This document shows positions 60,374 through 64,000 of a stretch of DNA of 64,000 bases, in pieces. Both the position numbers and the translations under genes were made by a program. The stretch comes from Chloroflexota bacterium (GTDB lineage Bacteria; Chloroflexota; Limnocylindria; Limnocylindrales; CSP1-4), in NCBI GenBank assembly GCA_021785175.1, contig JAJYGH010000026.1, positions 67 to 64,066 of the forward strand, given 5' to 3'. The stretch's first letter is position 1, and each line of letters opens with the position of its first letter. The notes beneath the pieces are model-generated. The model saw only the letters and a program-made list of their open reading frames with translations, was not told the origin of the DNA and did not search any database.

Positions 60374-62496
60374 GTTGGCTCGCTCGATGCCTCGTCGGCC
60401 CGCACTACCAGCTTCGCGTCGACCAGGGCGATTCCTGTGGGAGACGCGATGAGCGGGTTCACGTCGAGCGCCAGCACGTCGGGCGCCGCGACGAGGCGTG
60501 AGATGGCACTGACGGACGCCGCGAGCGCGTCGAGGTCTGCCGGGGGAGCGCCGCGCACGCCGCGGAGAAGTAGGGCGAGTCGCGACGACAGCAGCAGCTT
60601 CCGGGCGGCCGCGAGATCGAGCGGAGCCAGGCCGGCAGCGACGTCCCCGATCAACTCGAGCAGGATGCCGCCCGGGCCAGCAAGGATCACCGGTCCGAAC
60701 TGCTCGTCTCGAATGCCGCCGACGAACACCTCTACTCCGCCAGGCGCCATTGGCTGCACCAGTGCGCCGCTTATCGGCATGCCCGCTCGCGCAACGGCGC
60801 CCGTGACGTCGCGCCAAGCCGCCCGTACGGCCGCGTCGTCGCTCACCCCCGTTCTGACGCCGCCGAGCTCCGTCCGGTGCTGAAGACCTGGCCCATCTGC
60901 TTTGATTGCGACTGGGTATCCCAGCGCCTTGGCAAGTTCCACCGCTTCGTCTTCCGTCCGGGCCAGACGGGTTGTCCACACGTCAACGCCCACGTCCTCG
61001 AGGCGCCTCAGAGCGGCCACGCCGCTCAGGGCCACGCCCTCGCCGTTTGGGAGAAGCGGCGGAGTACCAGCGGCGACGTCCCCGGGGTCGTTCTGTGCGA
61101 CGAGCTTGGCGAGTGCGGCAACGCCCGTTCGCAGTCCCGACAGCAGCGGGATCCCCCGCGCTCGCAGGCACTCGCCGGCCTTGCGGTCGACCGCGCCGCT
61201 GCTGGGCGATATCACGACGAGCGGCTTGCCGGCGGCCTGTGCGGCATCCGCCGCCACCTGGACGCACTCGTGGAACAGCGGAGACGCCTGTTCCGCTTCG
61301 GTCCAACCGTTCTTGGCATCCTGACACGCGACGAGGACATCGACGTTGGGATCTTGGGCGACAGTGAAAGCCGCGGCGCCGTGGGCTGCCGAGTTCCCAT
61401 CCACGACGCCCGCCCCCGTCGTATCCAGCGGGTTGGCGACTGAGGCGTACTCGGGGAGCACCTCCCTGAGACGCGTCGACGTGGCCTCCGCGAAAGGCGC
61501 GAGCGGGACGCCGAGCTCCTCGGCGGCGTCGGCGAACAGGAGGCGCTCCCCCCCCGAGATCGTGACGACACCGACCTGGCCGCCGGGCAGCCGGGCTACG
61601 CGGGACGTCAGTTCCATCAGCGCAAGGAACTCCTCCAGATCATCGGCCACGAGCACGCCGTGCTGACGCCACACGCTGAGCTGAACGGAGGCGGAACCAG
61701 CGAGGGACCCGGTGTGAGTCCGGGCGGCCATGCCTCCCACGCGCGAACGGCCCGCCTTGAGTACGACGACCGTCTTTCCGGCCGCTTGCGCAGCGTCCAT
61801 GGCCGACAACAGAACGCGCCCGTCGTGGAATCCCTCCACGTAGCACGCGACTGTGCGAACCTCCGGCACCCCGGACAAGAAGCCGATGTAGTCGGCAAGC
61901 GTGACCCCGATCTGGTTGCCCGTGGTGATCACGTGACTGAACAGCAGGCTGCGTTCCGCCGCCGCTCCGGTGATCGTGCACGCCAGTGCTCCGCTCTGCG
62001 AGATGAGCGCCGTCACGCCAGACGCGGGCGGCTCCATCAGCGGTCCGCTGTATGGCGCAACACGATCGATGAGGTTGACGTAGCCGAGGCAGTTCGGGCC
62101 CATCAGCGCCATCGTCCCGGCCGCCTCGCGCAGGTGCGCCTCGAGCTCGCGGCCGTGCTGACCCGTCTCACCGAAGCCCGCGGCAAGCACGATGCCGGCC
62201 GGGCATCCACGACTCGCGGCCTCGATCAGCCCGTCCATGGTTGCCGTTCGATTGACAGCCGAGATCACCAGATCCGGTGTGGCCGGCAACGCCGAGATGG
62301 ATGGGAACGTTGGGCGCCGCCCCACGACCGGGCGGTTCGGATTGACCAGGAACAAGTCACCGTCGAAGCCGACGGCGTCAAGGTTCGCTACGACCCGCTG
62401 TCCAACCCCGACACGATCGGAGGCTCCGAGCACTGCGATGGACTTGGGCCGAAAGAGAGCCGCCAGATCCGGCCGCGTGGGTTCGCCGAGGTTCAT
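60367..62496 (-). CDS. acetate--CoA ligase (ADP-forming) family protein, fused alpha/beta
   Basis: Motifs PKSIAVLGAS, GPNCLG, SQSGA, THTGSLAG (phospho-His), NPLD; ATP-grasp GYPVAIKA...HRTELGGV...DVNPL. Confidence 0.9.
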   Translation of the reverse strand: MNLGEPTRPDLAALFRPKSIAVLGASDRVGVGQRVVANLDAVGFDGDLFLVNPNRPVVGRRPTFPSISALPATPDLVISAVNRTATMDGLIEAASRGCPAGIVLAAGFGETGQHGRELEAHLREAAGTMALMGPNCLGYVNLIDRVAPYSGPLMEPPASGVTALISQSGALACTITGAAAERSLLFSHVITTGNQIGVTLADYIGFLSGVPEVRTVACYVEGFHDGRVLLSAMDAAQAAGKTVVVLKAGRSRVGGMAARTHTGSLAGSASVQLSVWRQHGVLVADDLEEFLALMELTSRVARLPGGQVGVVTISGGERLLFADAAEELGVPLAPFAEATSTRLREVLPEYASVANPLDTTGAGVVDGNSAAHGAAAFTVAQDPNVDVLVACQDAKNGWTEAEQASPLFHECVQVAADAAQAAGKPLVVISPSSGAVDRKAGECLRARGIPLLSGLRTGVAALAKLVAQNDPGDVAAGTPPLLPNGEGVALSGVAALRRLEDVGVDVWTTRLARTEDEAVELAKALGYPVAIKADGPGLQHRTELGGVRTGVSDDAAVRAAWRDVTGAVARAGMPISGALVQPMAPGGVEVFVGGIRDEQFGPVILAGPGGILLELIGDVAAGLAPLDLAAARKLLLSSRLALLLRGVRGAPPADLDALAASVSAISRLVAAPDVLALDVNPLIASPTGIALVDAKLVVRADEASSEPTA

Positions 62497-63233
62497 GCGA
62501 TGACCATGCCGCCGTCGACCTGCACCACTTGGCCAGTTACGAACCCGGCATCGGCCGAAAGCAGGTAGCTGACCATCGATGCGACCTCGTGGGCCTGACC
62601 GTATCGTCCGGCCGGGATCGCACGCAGCGCACTTGCCCTCACCTCAGCGGTATCGGACGCTGTCATGGACGTCTCGATCAGGCCCGGCGCGATCGCGTTG
62701 ACAGTTATCCCAGCCGCGGCAACCTCGCGTGCGAGGCTGCGGGTGACGCCGACGAGGGCGGCCTTCGCGGCGCAGTAGTGGGAGTAGCCGATCGAGCCCG
62801 ACAGGGCGCAGTACGAAGCGATGTTCACAATCCTGCCGTACTTGGCCGCAAGCATGGACGGCAGGACGGCCTGCATGCACCGGACGCTGCCCAGAAGGTG
62901 CACGTCGAGCATGTGCTGGAAGTCATCCACGGAAAGCGAGACGAACCGAGTGGGCGGGCTGCCGATCCCGGCGTTGTTGACGAGTCCGCGAATCCTCCCC
63001 CGCGTTTCGACGTCCTCGACAATGGACTGTGCGAAGCCAGGAGCCGTGATGTCGCCGACATACGCCCTGGCCCAGCCACCGCGATCGGTGATCTCCCGGA
63101 TCGTGTCGTGAAGTTCGGCCTCGGCGAGATCGCAGATGGCCAGATCCCAGCCGGCCTCGGAAAGAGCGAGGGCGTCTTCGCGACCCATACCCCGTGCGCC
63201 GCCAGTTACGAGCGCCACTGGTCGCTCGCTCAC
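62493..63233 (-). CDS. SDR family oxidoreductase
   Basis: Motifs TGGARGMG, NNAG, NIAS, YCAAK, APGLIETSM. Confidence 0.9.
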   Translation of the reverse strand: MSERPVALVTGGARGMGREDALALSEAGWDLAICDLAEAELHDTIREITDRGGWARAYVGDITAPGFAQSIVEDVETRGRIRGLVNNAGIGSPPTRFVSLSVDDFQHMLDVHLLGSVRCMQAVLPSMLAAKYGRIVNIASYCALSGSIGYSHYCAAKAALVGVTRSLAREVAAAGITVNAIAPGLIETSMTASDTAEVRASALRAIPAGRYGQAHEVASMVSYLLSADAGFVTGQVVQVDGGMVIA

Positions 63234-64000
63234 CGTTTACCTCCTGTCGCCATCTCTGCGGACGCCTGCCAAGGCACCACGAACCGCTCCACCACTGCCA
63301 CCAGCGCGAACACACAGAGCACCAGTGCGGAGGAGACCACCAGCGTCGCCCACAACATGGGCGCGTTGAACTCGTAGGTCGAGTTGATCACCATGAAGCC
63401 GAGCCCCTCTTGCGCTCCGACCCACTCGGCGATGATTGCGCCGATGACGCTCGAGGTCGCCGTCACCCGCAGGCCCAGAAAGATGTACGGCAGAGCGTTC
63501 GGGAAGCGCAGCTTGACGTAGATGTCCCGCCGCGAGGCATTCACGCTCTGGAAGAGCTCGATGAGGGGCCGCTCCACCGCGTCGAGGCCGCGTGTCGCGT
63601 TGACGAGCGTGGGGAAGAATGAGATGAGGGTTGTCATGGCGACCTTCGACGAGAATCCCGTTCCCATCGCCACCACGAACACCGGTGCAAGGGCAACCAT
63701 TGGGATGCTCTGGATCACGATGGCCAGGGGATAGAGCGCCTGTCGGGCAGTGCGCACATGAACGAACCACGTCGCCAGCACAACCGCGATCAGGTTGCCT
63801 AGGATGAACCCGGCAGCGGCCTCCTCGACCGTCGGGATCGTGTTGGTAAGCAGCATCGCCCGGTACGTCCACAGGGCTTGACCAATCACGATCGGCGACG
63901 GGATCAGAAACTTTGGGATCTCGAAGACAACCGTCCCAATCTGCCACAAGACCAGGATTCCGATGACAACGACCCACCGAAGCCACTGATCACTGAGCAG
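63230..64000 (-). CDS. ABC transporter permease (NitT/TauT/SsuC type), 5' end at or beyond the window edge
   Basis: Motifs QSIPMVALAP, FFPTLVN, LRFPNALPYIF, IIAEW...GLG. Confidence 0.85.
   Translation of the reverse strand: MLSDQWLRWVVVIGILVLWQIGTVVFEIPKFLIPSPIVIGQALWTYRAMLLTNTIPTVEEAAAGFILGNLIAVVLATWFVHVRTARQALYPLAIVIQSIPMVALAPVFVVAMGTGFSSKVAMTTLISFFPTLVNATRGLDAVERPLIELFQSVNASRRDIYVKLRFPNALPYIFLGLRVTATSSVIGAIIAEWVGAQEGLGFMVINSTYEFNAPMLWATLVVSSALVLCVFALVAVVERFVVPWQASAEMATGGKR

Overview
High-GC bacterial chromosomal window. A Chloroflexota or Actinomycetota-like soil organism is inferred from gene content and from many leaderless TAnnnT-N6-start promoters. No rRNA, tRNA, CRISPR array, integrase or IS element was recognised. 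Main blocks: (1) 1-6.9 kb: mutY, DUF1684, a HicB/DinB-like protein, TauE+DUF1634, a thioesterase, an ICMT-like protein and an M20 amidohydrolase. (2) 6.8-21.8 kb: a LacI-controlled nucleoside-scavenging cluster with a BMP-type ABC importer, ribokinase, four nucleoside hydrolase paralogs with different active-site motifs, an adenine-deaminase homolog with a non-canonical DHT motif, and pseudouridine glycosidase plus a PfkB kinase. (3) 22-29 kb: gmhA-like SIS protein, a GH3 hexosaminidase, and an unusual N-domain-less Clp ATPase (degenerate first ring, intact second ring, LGF loop) directly followed by an ECF sigma factor and a probable anti-sigma. (4) 29-34 kb: a ParB/Srx-fold protein coupled to a metallophosphoesterase and an MFS transporter, then small Cys-rich unknown proteins. 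(5) 34.4-43.4 kb: a kdp potassium locus with split KdpD and extra coupled genes (85-aa unknown, stand-alone receiver, a second 29-aa membrane peptide) ahead of kdpFABC. (6) 46-53 kb: MarR/redox genes (MFS, AKR, pirin, FMN reductase, DyP). (7) From about 54.4 kb: a compositionally different segment with an MBL hydrolase and an acyl-CoA catabolic operon, cut by the window end. Several short gene remnants suggest erosion by deletion. All functional calls come from motif recognition by eye; no searches were run.
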